Assembly: GCA_964370115.1 (NCBI GenBank)
Contig: CAYJIA010000002.1
Span: 9,361-73,360, forward strand
From: an uncultured Eubacteriales bacterium
Lineage (GTDB): Bacteria > Bacillota > Clostridia > Oscillospirales > Acutalibacteraceae
DNA length: 64,000 nt
Reading direction: 5' to 3'
Positions 37,342 through 46,970 of the stretch are shown one piece after another. Position 1 is the first letter of the stretch. Every line of letters starts with the position of its first letter. The position numbers and the translations under genes were made by a program. Below the pieces are notes generated by a model that was not told the DNA's origin, did no database searches, and was given only the letters and a program-made list of their open reading frames with translations.

Positions 37342-38658
37342 ATGGCTTTAGATTTCCCCAAAAAACCGTTTAAAACTCATGGTGGAGCACATGTGCCTCA
37401 CCATAAAAATACGGCAAATATGGAATCTGTATTTATGCCGACGCCAAAAACCGTAATTATACCAATGACTCAACACATAGGAGCACCATGTAAGCCCGTC
37501 GTCAAAAAAGGCGACTATGTTTATGTTGGACAATTTGTAGGAGACAGCGAGGCGTTTGTGTGTGCACCCGTGCACGCATCGGTTTCGGGTACGGTCAAAG
37601 AGATTAAGCAAATTATGCTTACAGGCGGACAGATGATAGACGCAGTTGTAATAGAGTCTGACGGCAAAAACGAACTGCACCCAGACATAAAAGCACCTGT
37701 TGTGACAGACAAAAAAAGCCTATCTCAGGCAGTGAGGGAGTCGGGGCTAGTTGGTCTTGGCGGTGCTGGATTTCCCGCGCACGTCAAACTAAATGTGCCA
37801 GACGACAAAAAAGTCGACACTCTTGTAATAAATGCGGCAGAGTGTGAGCCATATGTCACCTGTGACCATAGAGAAGCCCTTGAAAACTCCAAGAACGTAA
37901 TTGCAGGAATAAACAAGGTAAAAGAACTTTTGGGCATAGAAAGAGTCATTATAGGAATAGAAAGTAACAAGCCCGACGCTATTAAAAAAATGCGCGAAAT
38001 GGCAGGCGAGGGCGTCATGGTAATGGCGCTTAAATCTATGTATCCACAAGGTGCAGAGAAAATCCTCATAAAAGCCACAACGGGCAGAGAAGTACCGGCA
38101 GGTAAACTTCCATTAGACGTCGGCTGTATAGTTATGAATATAGGATCTGTGTCGTATATCGCTTCATACCTTAGAAACGGTATACCTCTTACAAAAAAGA
38201 GAATTACAGTAGACGGCACTGCAGTAAAAAATCCAAAGAACATAATAGCGCCTATAGGCACTCCTATAAGCGAGATAATAGAGTTTTGTGGCGGATATAA
38301 AGAAGAACCACATAAAATCATCATGGGTGGACCTATGATGGGTGTCGCCGTGACTTCAGACGATTTACCTATTTTAAAGCAAAATAACGGTATTTTAGCA
38401 TTTGGCAAAAAAGAAGCAGAGCTAATGGAGCCCACAGACTGCATACGCTGTGGGCGCTGTGTGTCGGCGTGTCCCATGAAACTCATGCCAACTCTTTTGG
38501 AAAAATATTCGATTTTAGATAAACCTGTCGAACTCGAAGAGCTTGACATTATGACCTGTATGGAATGTGGATGCTGTTCTTTCTCATGTCCAGCAGGCAG
38601 ACGTTTGGTACAGTCTATAAGACTTGGAAAATCTCATTTAAGAAAGAGTAAGGGGTGA
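37342..38658 (+). CDS. rnfC: Rnf electron transport complex subunit C
   Basis: 438 aa with GLVGLGGAGFP and two 4Fe-4S motifs (CIRCGRCVSACP, CMECGCCSFSCP). Confidence 0.93.
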   Translation: MALDFPKKPFKTHGGAHVPHHKNTANMESVFMPTPKTVIIPMTQHIGAPCKPVVKKGDYVYVGQFVGDSEAFVCAPVHASVSGTVKEIKQIMLTGGQMIDAVVIESDGKNELHPDIKAPVVTDKKSLSQAVRESGLVGLGGAGFPAHVKLNVPDDKKVDTLVINAAECEPYVTCDHREALENSKNVIAGINKVKELLGIERVIIGIESNKPDAIKKMREMAGEGVMVMALKSMYPQGAEKILIKATTGREVPAGKLPLDVGCIVMNIGSVSYIASYLRNGIPLTKKRITVDGTAVKNPKNIIAPIGTPISEIIEFCGGYKEEPHKIIMGGPMMGVAVTSDDLPILKQNNGILAFGKKEAELMEPTDCIRCGRCVSACPMKLMPTLLEKYSILDKPVELEELDIMTCMECGCCSFSCPAGRRLVQSIRLGKSHLRKSKG

Positions 38659-38665
38659 TTGTAGT

Positions 38666-39589
38666 ATGGAAAAAATGATAGTGTCTTCATCACCGCATTT
38701 TAGGAGTAAGTCTACAACCACTACTATAATGCTTGATGTAATAATAGCCATGGTGCCGGCGGCGATTGCTTCCGTGGTATTTTTTGGTATGAGCGCCGCC
38801 ATGCTTCTTGCTGTCAGTGTATTCTCTTGTTTTGCGTTTGAATACCTCTCAAGAATAGTGATGAAAAGAAAACAAACTGTATCGGATTTAAGCTGTGTAG
38901 TAACTGGTATTCTTCTAGCGTTTAACCTTCCACCGTCTGCACATCCGCTTTTAGCCGTGTTTGGCGCGCTTGTTGCAATAGTTGTTGTAAAGCAAATGTT
39001 TGGAGGTATAGGACAAAACTTTGTTAACCCAGCGCTTACAGCAAGAATAGTTTTGATGAACTCTTTCCCTGTGAGAATGACAACTTGGACATCTCCTTTT
39101 GATGCAACAACAACGGCGTCTCCCCTAGCTCTTTTAGAGACAGGAGAACCGCTTCCAAGCTATCTAGATATGCTCATAGGAAACCGTGCAGGCTCTTTGG
39201 GTGAAACCTGTATTATCGCTTTAATAGTAGGCGGAATTTATTTAGTAATAAGAAAAGTAATAAGCCCTGTAATCCCACTTACCTTTATGGCAAGTGCCGC
39301 TGTGATGTCACTTATCCTAGGTCGTGACCCGATATTTGACCTGCTTGCAGGCGGACTTGTTTTGGGTGCCGTGTTCATGGCGACAGACTATGCGACAAGC
39401 CCAATACATACAAAGGCAAGAATAGTTTATGCCATAGGTTGCGGTGTGATGTCTATATTAATTAGAGAGTTTGCATCACTGCCAGAGGGCGTGTCTTATT
39501 CGATTATGATAATGAATATCTTAGTGCCTCTAATTGAAAGAGTGGTAAAAGTTAGACCATTCGGAAAACTAAAGGAGGCGACAAAATGA
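38666..39589 (+). CDS. rnfD: Rnf complex subunit D
   Basis: 307 aa polytopic protein, NqrB/RnfD family (FGGIGQNFVNPAL, TDYATSP). Confidence 0.92.
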   Translation: MEKMIVSSSPHFRSKSTTTTIMLDVIIAMVPAAIASVVFFGMSAAMLLAVSVFSCFAFEYLSRIVMKRKQTVSDLSCVVTGILLAFNLPPSAHPLLAVFGALVAIVVVKQMFGGIGQNFVNPALTARIVLMNSFPVRMTTWTSPFDATTTASPLALLETGEPLPSYLDMLIGNRAGSLGETCIIALIVGGIYLVIRKVISPVIPLTFMASAAVMSLILGRDPIFDLLAGGLVLGAVFMATDYATSPIHTKARIVYAIGCGVMSILIREFASLPEGVSYSIMIMNILVPLIERVVKVRPFGKLKEATK

Positions 39590-40143
39590 AACTGAGTTTT
39601 AAAAGTGTTTTTGTCCCTGCCTTGGTACTTGTGATAATCTGTGCGTGCGTGACTGCTCTTTTGGGCGTTACAAACGAACTTACAAAAGATACGATTGAAC
39701 AGGCAGCAATAGAAAAACAAGAAAATTCAAGAAAAATAGTACTGCCCACGGCAGAAAGCTTTGAGGCATCTTCGGACGAGAGCTACTATATAGGAAAAGC
39801 TTCTGACGGAAGTGTTGTGGGTTATGTGTTTGTGACTTCTTTTGCAGGTTACTCCGGAAACGTCGAAGTCATGACAGGTATAGCCGCTGATAGCAACATT
39901 TCGGGCATAGTAATTTTAGAGCAAACCGAAACACCGGGTCTTGGCGCAAATGCCACAGCGACTACTTTTACAGATCAGTATAAACAAGCCGTGCCAGAAG
40001 GCGGACTTGAAGTTGTGAAAAGCCCAGAGGCATCAGAGGGTCAAATCTCGGCACTTACAGGCGCTACAATCACAACAGATGCGGTAACAAATGCTGTGAA
40101 CGAAGCGATAGACTTGTACAACAACATAGAAAAGGAGGCGTAA
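39586..40143 (+). CDS. rnfG: Rnf complex subunit G (FMN-binding)
   Basis: 185 aa with an N-terminal anchor and flavinylation motif SALTGATITT. Confidence 0.9.
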   Translation: MKLSFKSVFVPALVLVIICACVTALLGVTNELTKDTIEQAAIEKQENSRKIVLPTAESFEASSDESYYIGKASDGSVVGYVFVTSFAGYSGNVEVMTGIAADSNISGIVILEQTETPGLGANATATTFTDQYKQAVPEGGLEVVKSPEASEGQISALTGATITTDAVTNAVNEAIDLYNNIEKEA

Positions 40144-40146
40144 AAG

Positions 40147-40839
40147 ATGAAGAAAAATAGTTTGGCCCATGTATTTACAAGAGGACTTATAAAAGAAAAT
40201 CCAGTTTTGCGCCTTATGCTTGGTGCTTGTGCTACTCTTGCCGTTACAACAGCGGCAATAAACGGCATAGGCATGGGCGTTGCAACAATGTTTGTTTTGG
40301 TATGTTCCAATGCCGTGGTTGCACTTTTAAGAAATGTAATACCAGACAAGGTTAGAATACCAGCATTTATCACAATCATTGCAGGCTTTGTTACCATAGT
40401 TCAACTTTTGGTAAAGGCATATGTTCCGTCTTTGGACGAAAGCCTTGGCGTGTTTTTGCCACTGATAGTTGTTAACTGTATAATCTTGGGAAGAGCCGAG
40501 ATGTATGCGAGCAAAAACAGGGTAATACCTGCAATCATAGACGGTCTTGGCATGGGTATAGGCTTTACCGCGGCGCTTTTAGCCATGGGCATAATAAGAG
40601 AGCTTTTAGGCGCTGGAACAGTTTTTGGCATACCTGTTTTGTCAGGGTTTATGGAGCCTATAATAATTTTCCTATTACCACCGGGCGGATTTTTCGTCTA
40701 TGGTATGCTAATAGCCTTAGCAGGCAAAATGTCCGAAGAGGGCAAGGCGCCCGAGGCTATGGGATGCGGAATGTGTCCAATGGCAAAACACTGCGATTTA
40801 TTAAAAGAAAGAAATAAGGAGGCAGAAAACAATGGCTGA
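40147..40839 (+). CDS. rnfE: Rnf complex subunit E
   Basis: 230 aa, NqrD/RnfE family (NPVLRLMLGACATLAVT, IVVNCIILGRAE). Confidence 0.92.
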   Translation: MKKNSLAHVFTRGLIKENPVLRLMLGACATLAVTTAAINGIGMGVATMFVLVCSNAVVALLRNVIPDKVRIPAFITIIAGFVTIVQLLVKAYVPSLDESLGVFLPLIVVNCIILGRAEMYASKNRVIPAIIDGLGMGIGFTAALLAMGIIRELLGAGTVFGIPVLSGFMEPIIIFLLPPGGFFVYGMLIALAGKMSEEGKAPEAMGCGMCPMAKHCDLLKERNKEAENNG

Positions 40840-41449
40840 TACAATAAGAGTCTTAGTTGGCGTGTTTCTTGCCGCCATACTTACAGAAAACTATATTTTA
40901 AACAAATTCTTGGGAATTTGCCCATTTTTAGGCGTTTCAAAGAAAATAGGAACAGCCGCTGGAATGAGCGGTGCCGTAACTGTTGTTATGCTGATAGCAA
41001 CTGCGGTTACTTGGCCTATACACACTTATATATTAATACCAACAGGACTTGAGTACCTACAAACCATAGTGTTTATCTTGGTTATAGCATCTTTAGTTCA
41101 ACTTTTAGAGATAGTTTTAAGAAAATATATGCCACCTCTTTACAATTCTCTAGGAGTATACCTACCGCTTATCACAACAAACTGTGCGGTTTTGGGTGTT
41201 ACTATGCTAGTTTTAGAAAAAGGTGCGGCAGACCCTAGCTTTGGCTATGTGGCATCTCTTGTAAATTCACTGGGTGCAGGTGTCGGTTTCTTGGTTGCTA
41301 TGGTTCTTTTTGCTGGAATACGCGAAAAATTAGAGCTTTGCGACGTTCCAAAGTTTATGAAAGGCTTGCCAATTACCTTGGTAGCCGCCTCACTTTTAGC
41401 CGTATCTTTCCTAGGTTTTACAGGAATAGTAGACGGCTTACTAGCATAA
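40832..41449 (+). CDS. rnfA: Rnf complex subunit A
   Basis: 205 aa, NqrE/RnfA family (ENYILNKFLGICPFLGVS, ITTNCAVLG). Confidence 0.92.
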   Translation: MADTIRVLVGVFLAAILTENYILNKFLGICPFLGVSKKIGTAAGMSGAVTVVMLIATAVTWPIHTYILIPTGLEYLQTIVFILVIASLVQLLEIVLRKYMPPLYNSLGVYLPLITTNCAVLGVTMLVLEKGAADPSFGYVASLVNSLGAGVGFLVAMVLFAGIREKLELCDVPKFMKGLPITLVAASLLAVSFLGFTGIVDGLLA

Positions 41450-41461
41450 GGGAGGTATCAT

Positions 41462-42247
41462 ATGAACGATATATTAGTAGCGGTTATAATAGTTGTGGCG
41501 ATAGGCCTTGTTGCAGGCATAGGACTTGCAATAGCTTCTATAGTCATGGCTGTGCCGAAAAATGAAAAAGCCGAGGCGCTAAACGAGGCACTGCCAGGTG
41601 CCAACTGTGGTGCCTGTGGATACTCAGGCTGTGCAGGCTATGCCCTAGCACTTGCAAACGGTGAGGCGACCCTTGGGCTATGTTCACCCGGCGGTCAAGA
41701 ATGTGTAGATGCCTGTGGTGAGATTTTGGGAATATCTGTCAGTATGGAACTTAAAACCGCCGTGGTGCACTGCGCCGGCGACTATGAAGTGACGACAGAC
41801 AAAATGAACTATGACGGCATAGAAAGCTGTGCGGCGGCATCACTTCTTGCAGGTGGTATATCGAGCTGTCGTTTTGGCTGCATGGGCATGGGCGACTGTC
41901 AAAGAGTATGTCAATATGACGCGGTTGTAATCGAAAACGGTCTTGCAAAAATTGACCCAGCAAAATGCAAATCATGCGCAATGTGTGTGACAGCATGTCC
42001 GAAAAATCTTATTTCTATAATTCCGATAAAAGAGCAAGCCTTTGTAAAATGTAGTAACTGCGACAAGGGTGCAGGCGTTATGAAAATTTGCAAAATAGGC
42101 TGCATAGGATGCATGAAATGCGTAAAAGTCTGCGAGGAAAAAGCAGTGAGCGTGACAAGCTTTATGGCAAGAATTGACCACGACAAATGCACAGGATGTG
42201 GAAAATGCGTAGAGGCATGTCCGAGGAATATAATTGAGATACTTTGA
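41462..42247 (+). CDS. rnfB: Rnf complex subunit B (polyferredoxin)
   Basis: 261 aa with an N-terminal anchor, CGACGYSGC and several CxxCxxCxxxCP clusters. Confidence 0.92.
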   Translation: MNDILVAVIIVVAIGLVAGIGLAIASIVMAVPKNEKAEALNEALPGANCGACGYSGCAGYALALANGEATLGLCSPGGQECVDACGEILGISVSMELKTAVVHCAGDYEVTTDKMNYDGIESCAAASLLAGGISSCRFGCMGMGDCQRVCQYDAVVIENGLAKIDPAKCKSCAMCVTACPKNLISIIPIKEQAFVKCSNCDKGAGVMKICKIGCIGCMKCVKVCEEKAVSVTSFMARIDHDKCTGCGKCVEACPRNIIEIL

Positions 42248-42470
42248 TTAATTAATAGTTAATAATTATTAATTAATAGTTGTGGTGAAATGCTACGCAT
42301 TTTTGATTTTATATTGTAGGGCAAGGGCTATGCTCTTGCCTTAGTTTTTGCAGTAAATTTTAATTTTCCGTTGTAGGGGCGACGTTTCGTCGTCCGAAAT
42401 CCACCACAAATCAAAATGATAATTGTAGAGGCGGTCATCGGCCGCCCGAAGTTTACAACAAAACTACTAT
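42248..42470 (+). repeat. intergenic repeat cluster: AT arm, GTGG hairpin and three GTAG-flanked GC hairpins
   Basis: Arm ttaattaatagttaataattattaattaatagtt. GTGG-TGAAATGC-tac-GCATTTTT (42282-42305). GTAG-GGCAAGGGC-tat-GCTCTTGCC (42316-42340). GTAG-GGGCGACG-ttt-CGTCGTCC-gaaatccaccacaaat (42373-42410). GTAG-AGGCGGTC-atc-GGCCGCCC-gaagtttacaac (42425-42459). Confidence 0.85.
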
Positions 42471-42492
42471 CAACTAAAAAAAGGAGCAAGCT

Positions 42493-43266
42493 ATGACCTC
42501 ACAGCCCAAGGTGTCTATAATAATGCCAGTTTTCGGCACTGAAAAATACATTAAGGCGTCTATAGAAAGCGTTTTGGCTCAGGATTATCAAAACTGGGAA
42601 CTCGTAATTGTAAACGACTGCTCAAAGGATAAGTGCGAGGAGATTATTTTAGGCTTTGACGACAGTAGGATAAAATATATAAAAAACGAAAAAAACTCTG
42701 GCGCGCTTGTCACAAGAAACAATGCGATGAAAAATGCGACAGGCGACTATATAGCTTTTTTAGACAGCGACGACTTGTGGAAAAAAGAAAAACTTTCAAC
42801 GCAAATTGAGTTTATGCAGAAAAATAATTACGATTTTAGCTGTACAAACTACGAGCATATAGACGAAAACTCTAAGGCACTGAACACTTTTTCCACAGCA
42901 CCAAAAAAAATCACCGCAAAGAATTTTATGCGGTGGAACTGGTGTGGCTGTCTGACCGTTATGTATAATGCAAAAAAGCTAGGGAAGTTTTATCTTGAAA
43001 ACTACAAAATGAGAGACGACTGGGCACTGTGGATTAAAATAAGCAAAAAATCGCCCTGTTATCTACTGGACGAAAGCCTTGCGTATTACAGAGTGAGAAC
43101 AGGCTCACAGTCGACAAGCGGAACAATAAATCTGTTAAAGCAACACTACCGCATATTTAGATTTTCAGAAAAAATGGGAAGAGTGAAAAGCCTTAGCACA
43201 ACACTGCTGTCCCTGTTTGGATTTTTTTTAGCAAGAAAGAAATATAGGCGTAAAGTTAGTAAATAA
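42493..43266 (+). CDS. family 2 glycosyltransferase
   Basis: 257 aa with the GT-A N-terminus VSIIMPVFGTEKYI and a DSDD motif. Confidence 0.85.
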   Translation: MTSQPKVSIIMPVFGTEKYIKASIESVLAQDYQNWELVIVNDCSKDKCEEIILGFDDSRIKYIKNEKNSGALVTRNNAMKNATGDYIAFLDSDDLWKKEKLSTQIEFMQKNNYDFSCTNYEHIDENSKALNTFSTAPKKITAKNFMRWNWCGCLTVMYNAKKLGKFYLENYKMRDDWALWIKISKKSPCYLLDESLAYYRVRTGSQSTSGTINLLKQHYRIFRFSEKMGRVKSLSTTLLSLFGFFLARKKYRRKVSK

Positions 43267-43268
43267 AC

Positions 43269-43301
43269 GTAGAGGCTAAGGGTGTTCCACCCTTAGCCTC
43301 T
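43269..43301. terminator. 14-bp perfect hairpin between convergent genes
   Basis: AGAGGCTAAGGGTG-ttc-CACCCTTAGCCTCT, with GTAG overlapping its 5' foot and no clear T tract on either side. Probable bidirectional terminator at the distal end of the phage-like locus. Confidence 0.5.
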
Positions 43302-43322
43302 AGTAATTAATTCAACCCGCAA

Positions 43323-43787
43323 CTACAAATATTCAAAAGCTATATTGACATTTATTGGCAGAGTTTGTTTTGCCACTTGCTCAAATTCTTCTTGGCTTAG
43401 GTTATTAAGACTTTGTACTCTTAGGGTGCAAAGATTGTTTTCACCCTCCACTAACTCTCCGACAAAGCCTATATCCGAAAGTTTTTGTAGCACAGTGGTT
43501 TTAGAAAACGGATTTTCGTAAAGCCTAACTTTTGCCAAAATCTTGTTTTTTCTGTCCTCTATAGTGCCAAGAGCCGTGCTACCCGTGATTTTTTCGAATT
43601 TTTTCAGCGTTTGCTCATCACAGCTTTTTATAAAAAAGTTATCAATCGTTTGTTCTATATAGCTGTTAATCAACTCAAATCCTTTGGCCCATGCGCTGAG
43701 TTTTGCCTCTATAAGTGGTGTGCTGGGACTTAGGATTTTTATTTCTTCAAGTACTTTTACCATGTTTAAGTAATTTAAGTTCTCCAT
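43323..43787 (-). CDS. baseplate/tail protein, XkdU / Mu gp48 / P2 gpI-like (DUF2313)
   Basis: 154 aa directly after the baseplate J-like gene. The N-terminal LNYLNMVKVLEEIKILSPS...AKLSAWAK pattern and the gene position fit DUF2313. Confidence 0.5.
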   Translation of the reverse strand: MENLNYLNMVKVLEEIKILSPSTPLIEAKLSAWAKGFELINSYIEQTIDNFFIKSCDEQTLKKFEKITGSTALGTIEDRKNKILAKVRLYENPFSKTTVLQKLSDIGFVGELVEGENNLCTLRVQSLNNLSQEEFEQVAKQTLPINVNIAFEYL

Positions 43788-43796
43788 AGCTCACCT

Positions 43797-44855
43797 CTAA
43801 AGTGTCGACGTGATAGAAATATGTCCGGGAACCAAAACTTCACTCACAGCGGCAAGAAAATCATTTAGATAGGCAGAAGTCTTTGTAGTATAAATCTCGG
43901 CATTCTCGAGCAAAAGTTTTGTCAAAGAGGAGATATACAAATCTTCGCCAACTTTTAAATTATTGATGTAATCTGTGACAAGTGTTTTGCAGTGGTCAAG
44001 TACGGTGACAGTGTCAAATCCCTTGTTTATTTTTACGCCTATCGGAACATCAACAGTACGCTGGGTGGCAGAAACTACGTCTATAGTTGTGTTAATTTCT
44101 CTGTATGATTTAAGCAAGGCTTCAAGCTCGGATATAGTCGCACTTGGAACGGCGCTGTCCTTGCCCCAAACGTATACGTAAATATGGGTGGGGTCCTCGT
44201 CGTCTCGGTAAATACTTGCGGAAAAAACACCATCAAAGTTTTCTGCTATCGTCTTAAAAAAGGCATAGTTTGTACCGTTTGATATATCGCTCATTGTGGC
44301 AATTACTCGCTCGCGGTAGCTTTCTATATTTTCCTCGTCTTCGCCACCATAAAAAGCTTCGGGATTTGTGACCGAGATTATACCCTCGGGCGAGGTTATC
44401 AAGGTGGTTATTGTATTAGGTGCGGCGTTGTATATCTTTCCCCCATTTACAGACTCGGCATAGGCAAAGCCTTCTGTTGATCCAGCGCGTATAATAGAAG
44501 GTTTTGTGGTTTGATACTGTGCCTGTGCATCTCCACTTATAGCGCACAGCGTTCCTGTGGGTATTGCTAAGTCATAACTTGCTGCCTCTGCGCGATTAAA
44601 TAAAAGGGTGCCCTGTGCCACGACGGCAGGTTTTTTTTCTATGCTTCGGTCAAGTGCGTGTCTGTCAAGATATTCACCACTTGCCGTTGTTAAAAATGCC
44701 TGATCTTTTATCCAGTCCAGACTTTTAGAAAGTGCATAAATTTCGCCTGCTAAAATCTGGATTTGAATACCATCTACAGAGCTTAGATGTGGGGTATATC
44801 CGCTTTTTTCTTTAAATGCTTCATTCATTTGCAAAAGTATTTCTTCGTAGTCCAT
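43797..44855 (-). CDS. baseplate J-like protein (XkdT / Mu gp47)
   Basis: 352 aa from ATG 44855 (GGGAG 8 nt upstream; the track start at 44885 overlaps the upstream gene). Size, position and sequence pattern (MDYEEILLQMNEAF...SGYTPHLSSVDG...) are typical of Baseplate_J. Confidence 0.65.
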   Translation of the reverse strand: MDYEEILLQMNEAFKEKSGYTPHLSSVDGIQIQILAGEIYALSKSLDWIKDQAFLTTASGEYLDRHALDRSIEKKPAVVAQGTLLFNRAEAASYDLAIPTGTLCAISGDAQAQYQTTKPSIIRAGSTEGFAYAESVNGGKIYNAAPNTITTLITSPEGIISVTNPEAFYGGEDEENIESYRERVIATMSDISNGTNYAFFKTIAENFDGVFSASIYRDDEDPTHIYVYVWGKDSAVPSATISELEALLKSYREINTTIDVVSATQRTVDVPIGVKINKGFDTVTVLDHCKTLVTDYINNLKVGEDLYISSLTKLLLENAEIYTTKTSAYLNDFLAAVSEVLVPGHISITSTL

Positions 44856-44856
44856 T

Positions 44857-45192
44857 TTATTGCTCCCTTCTAATAAAAATTTCACCTTCTGAAAACGGAG
44901 TTTTTATTGTGAAAATATAGTGTTCGTCGTCTTCAATGACGCCAAGTACACTTAGGTCAGGGTATTTTCTAAGCGCAAGACTTGCATAGGAAAACACTTT
45001 TTCCAGCCTGTGCTCGTCGCTTGATTTTACCGTGTGAATTTTACTGCCCAAAGTTTTATTATAAACAAATTTGCCAAGCGGAACGGCTATTAAAACAAGA
45101 GCACGCTGTAAAAATTCTTCGTGCCCATTTATCTGTACAGGCATCCCTTGGGCATTTGTGGCGATATCGCCTAAAGTTATTTTTGTATCCAT
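44857..45192 (-). CDS. baseplate wedge protein, gp25/GpW-like (XkdS, DUF2634)
   Basis: 111 aa between the spike-like and J-like genes, with pattern LGDIATNAQG...EFLQRALVLIAVPLGKFVYNKTLGSKIH. Confidence 0.5.
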   Translation of the reverse strand: MDTKITLGDIATNAQGMPVQINGHEEFLQRALVLIAVPLGKFVYNKTLGSKIHTVKSSDEHRLEKVFSYASLALRKYPDLSVLGVIEDDEHYIFTIKTPFSEGEIFIRREQ

Positions 45193-45195
45193 TAT

Positions 45196-45528
45196 TTAAC
45201 CTCCAGCAGATGTAAAAACTTGATTGTTTATCACAACGTCACCGTTGTTTTTAAGATGAATAAAGGCGCCACTTGCCGAGTAAAGGCAAATTTCACCTGC
45301 CTCTATGCTTATCGGTGACTGTTCTAAACTTCCAATGACCGCGCCATTTTGTAAAAATACAGGAGTGCCCGTAGGTGGCTTTGAGTAAAGACCGTAGGGT
45401 GTAGCAGTTTTTGGCTGTTTAAAGTTTTCATCTGCAACTACGGTGTAATGCTCGTTTTGAGACAAGACAAAGCCCGTGCTTGTGGCTGCCTCTGTTTTAA
45501 GTTCTGAAAGTTTTTGTGTAAGCCACAT
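45196..45528 (-). CDS. Mu Gp45-like baseplate spike/assembly protein V-like
   Basis: 110 aa. PYGLYSKPPTGTPVFLQNGAVIG...AGEICLYSASGAFIHLKNNGDVVI follows the Gp45 pattern (YG.sS.P..G..v....g; GE..ly...G..i.l...G.i.i). Confidence 0.55.
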   Translation of the reverse strand: MWLTQKLSELKTEAATSTGFVLSQNEHYTVVADENFKQPKTATPYGLYSKPPTGTPVFLQNGAVIGSLEQSPISIEAGEICLYSASGAFIHLKNNGDVVINNQVFTSAGG

Positions 45529-45530
45529 GA

Positions 45531-46406
45531 TTACACCTCCCTCACTCCTGAAATCTCGCTTTCCTCTTTGCCAAATTCATAGCTGTATTCTATATTTTTC
45601 ACCTTAATATTTACCCTGTCTTCACCGCTGTAAAATTCAAAATTGTCGTCAATTTCAAGAGGAATGAGCTTAGGGAATTTCAAGTGATAGGTCTCGTAAA
45701 CTTTAAATCGTTCAAAAGGAGGAATTGAATTTTGTGCGAAACGTATCCTTAAAATTCCCTTTGCTTTCTCATTTTCAAAGCAAGTAGCATAGGCTCCTGT
45801 GCTGGCGTCTTTATAGTACATGTGAGAGCAAACATCGTAGTTATTTCGGGAAAACTCAAAAAATTCTGGCGTGTCGTCCTCGTATACGCTCATAGTGTCC
45901 TTCTCTCCAAAGAGCACGGTATTATTATCTAAAACATGGAAAGAAGTAGAAAGGTAGTTTTCTGCAAAATTGCTTAAAACTTCATAAACACTGCTGCCCT
46001 TGTGCACGACAAATTCTGCCGACAGGGCATCATTTTGTTCTGAAATAACGCTCGAAAAGCCCAAGTCGCTTAAAAACCTGTGCTTTAGCAAAGGTACAGA
46101 AGGAAAGAAAATTGTTTGTGGCATGGCTTCGTTGTCAAGAAGAAGCGCCTCTATGCTCCTTGCGTAAATTTCGAGCAATTTACCGCTTTCGCCGTCGGTA
46201 AAAATAATTTCGTCGACAAGCCCCCAAAAGAGAGTACCGGTTGCTCCTTCAAGCTTAATATTAGTAAAATTTTCCGGTATTTTATCACAAGAGAAAACCG
46301 CGTGTAAGGCATCGGCAGGAGTTTTTTCATCTTTATGTATGCTAAAGTTCAGCACATTTTCGAGGCTTACAGTCTTTCCACTTTGTGTTGTTGCTAAAAA
46401 AATCAT
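45531..46406 (-). CDS. baseplate hub protein, XkdQ/YqbQ / P2 gpD-like
   Basis: 291 aa. Position after the LysM-like gene and the pattern F.G.V.EI.....g..LEIYARS.EALLLDNEA fit the XkdQ family. Confidence 0.5.
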   Translation of the reverse strand: MIFLATTQSGKTVSLENVLNFSIHKDEKTPADALHAVFSCDKIPENFTNIKLEGATGTLFWGLVDEIIFTDGESGKLLEIYARSIEALLLDNEAMPQTIFFPSVPLLKHRFLSDLGFSSVISEQNDALSAEFVVHKGSSVYEVLSNFAENYLSTSFHVLDNNTVLFGEKDTMSVYEDDTPEFFEFSRNNYDVCSHMYYKDASTGAYATCFENEKAKGILRIRFAQNSIPPFERFKVYETYHLKFPKLIPLEIDDNFEFYSGEDRVNIKVKNIEYSYEFGKEESEISGVREV

Positions 46407-46894
46407 CGTATAACCACCTGTTCCCCTTCTTTTAAATTATTGATATGCCTTATATGCCTGTTGTGTGAAACTAACCAGTCTATGCTTTTGCTACCGACAA
46501 AATCCCAAAGCCTGTCGCCTTGTTTTGCATAGAGCACACAGTTGTTTTCGACACTGCTTTTTTCGTTTGCCTCTACAAAGATAAAGTCGTATTTTAAGAG
46601 ATCATTATCGGGTAAAAACTGTGCACGAAGCTCGGTAAGCACCGCGTAAAAAGGCGTGAGCTTTGGTAAAATTAAATAGTTTGCGCCGTCTTTTGCAATC
46701 TTTGAAAGCTGTTCAAATTTTGCAGCACAGTCGCTACCAAAAAAATAGCCCTCACCCTTGACAGATTGCTGTTTTGTGCCAAGATAAAACATGGTAGAGC
46801 TGGTGTTTTCCATATTTTCGCCACCGCTAATTATAAGGGTCTCTGGGTTTACATCAAAGTCAAAGCTTCCAAAGCTAAGTTTCATCAAATCCAT
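46403..46894 (-). CDS. tail/baseplate-associated protein with C-terminal LysM-like segment (XkdP / Mu gp43 position)
   Basis: Likely start is ATG 46894 (AGGGGG 7 nt upstream). The C-terminus YAKQGDRLWDFVGSKSIDWLVSHNRHIRHINNLKEGEQVVI resembles a LysM / tail protein X fold. Confidence 0.45.
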   Translation of the reverse strand: MDLMKLSFGSFDFDVNPETLIISGGENMENTSSTMFYLGTKQQSVKGEGYFFGSDCAAKFEQLSKIAKDGANYLILPKLTPFYAVLTELRAQFLPDNDLLKYDFIFVEANEKSSVENNCVLYAKQGDRLWDFVGSKSIDWLVSHNRHIRHINNLKEGEQVVIR

Positions 46895-46970
46895 AACCAT
46901 ACCCCCTAAAAAAGCTTTGCTATATAACGTCTTGAGTCTCTTTGTATAGCATAGGAAAGTTGTTTTGCAT

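Noticed and set aside
37348-38549. Long antisense ORFs within rnfC (37348..37680, 37521..37712, 37725..38549, 37789..38049)
   Set aside because: rnfC on the plus strand has unambiguous Fe-S and family motifs. The antisense frames are open only by codon-composition chance.
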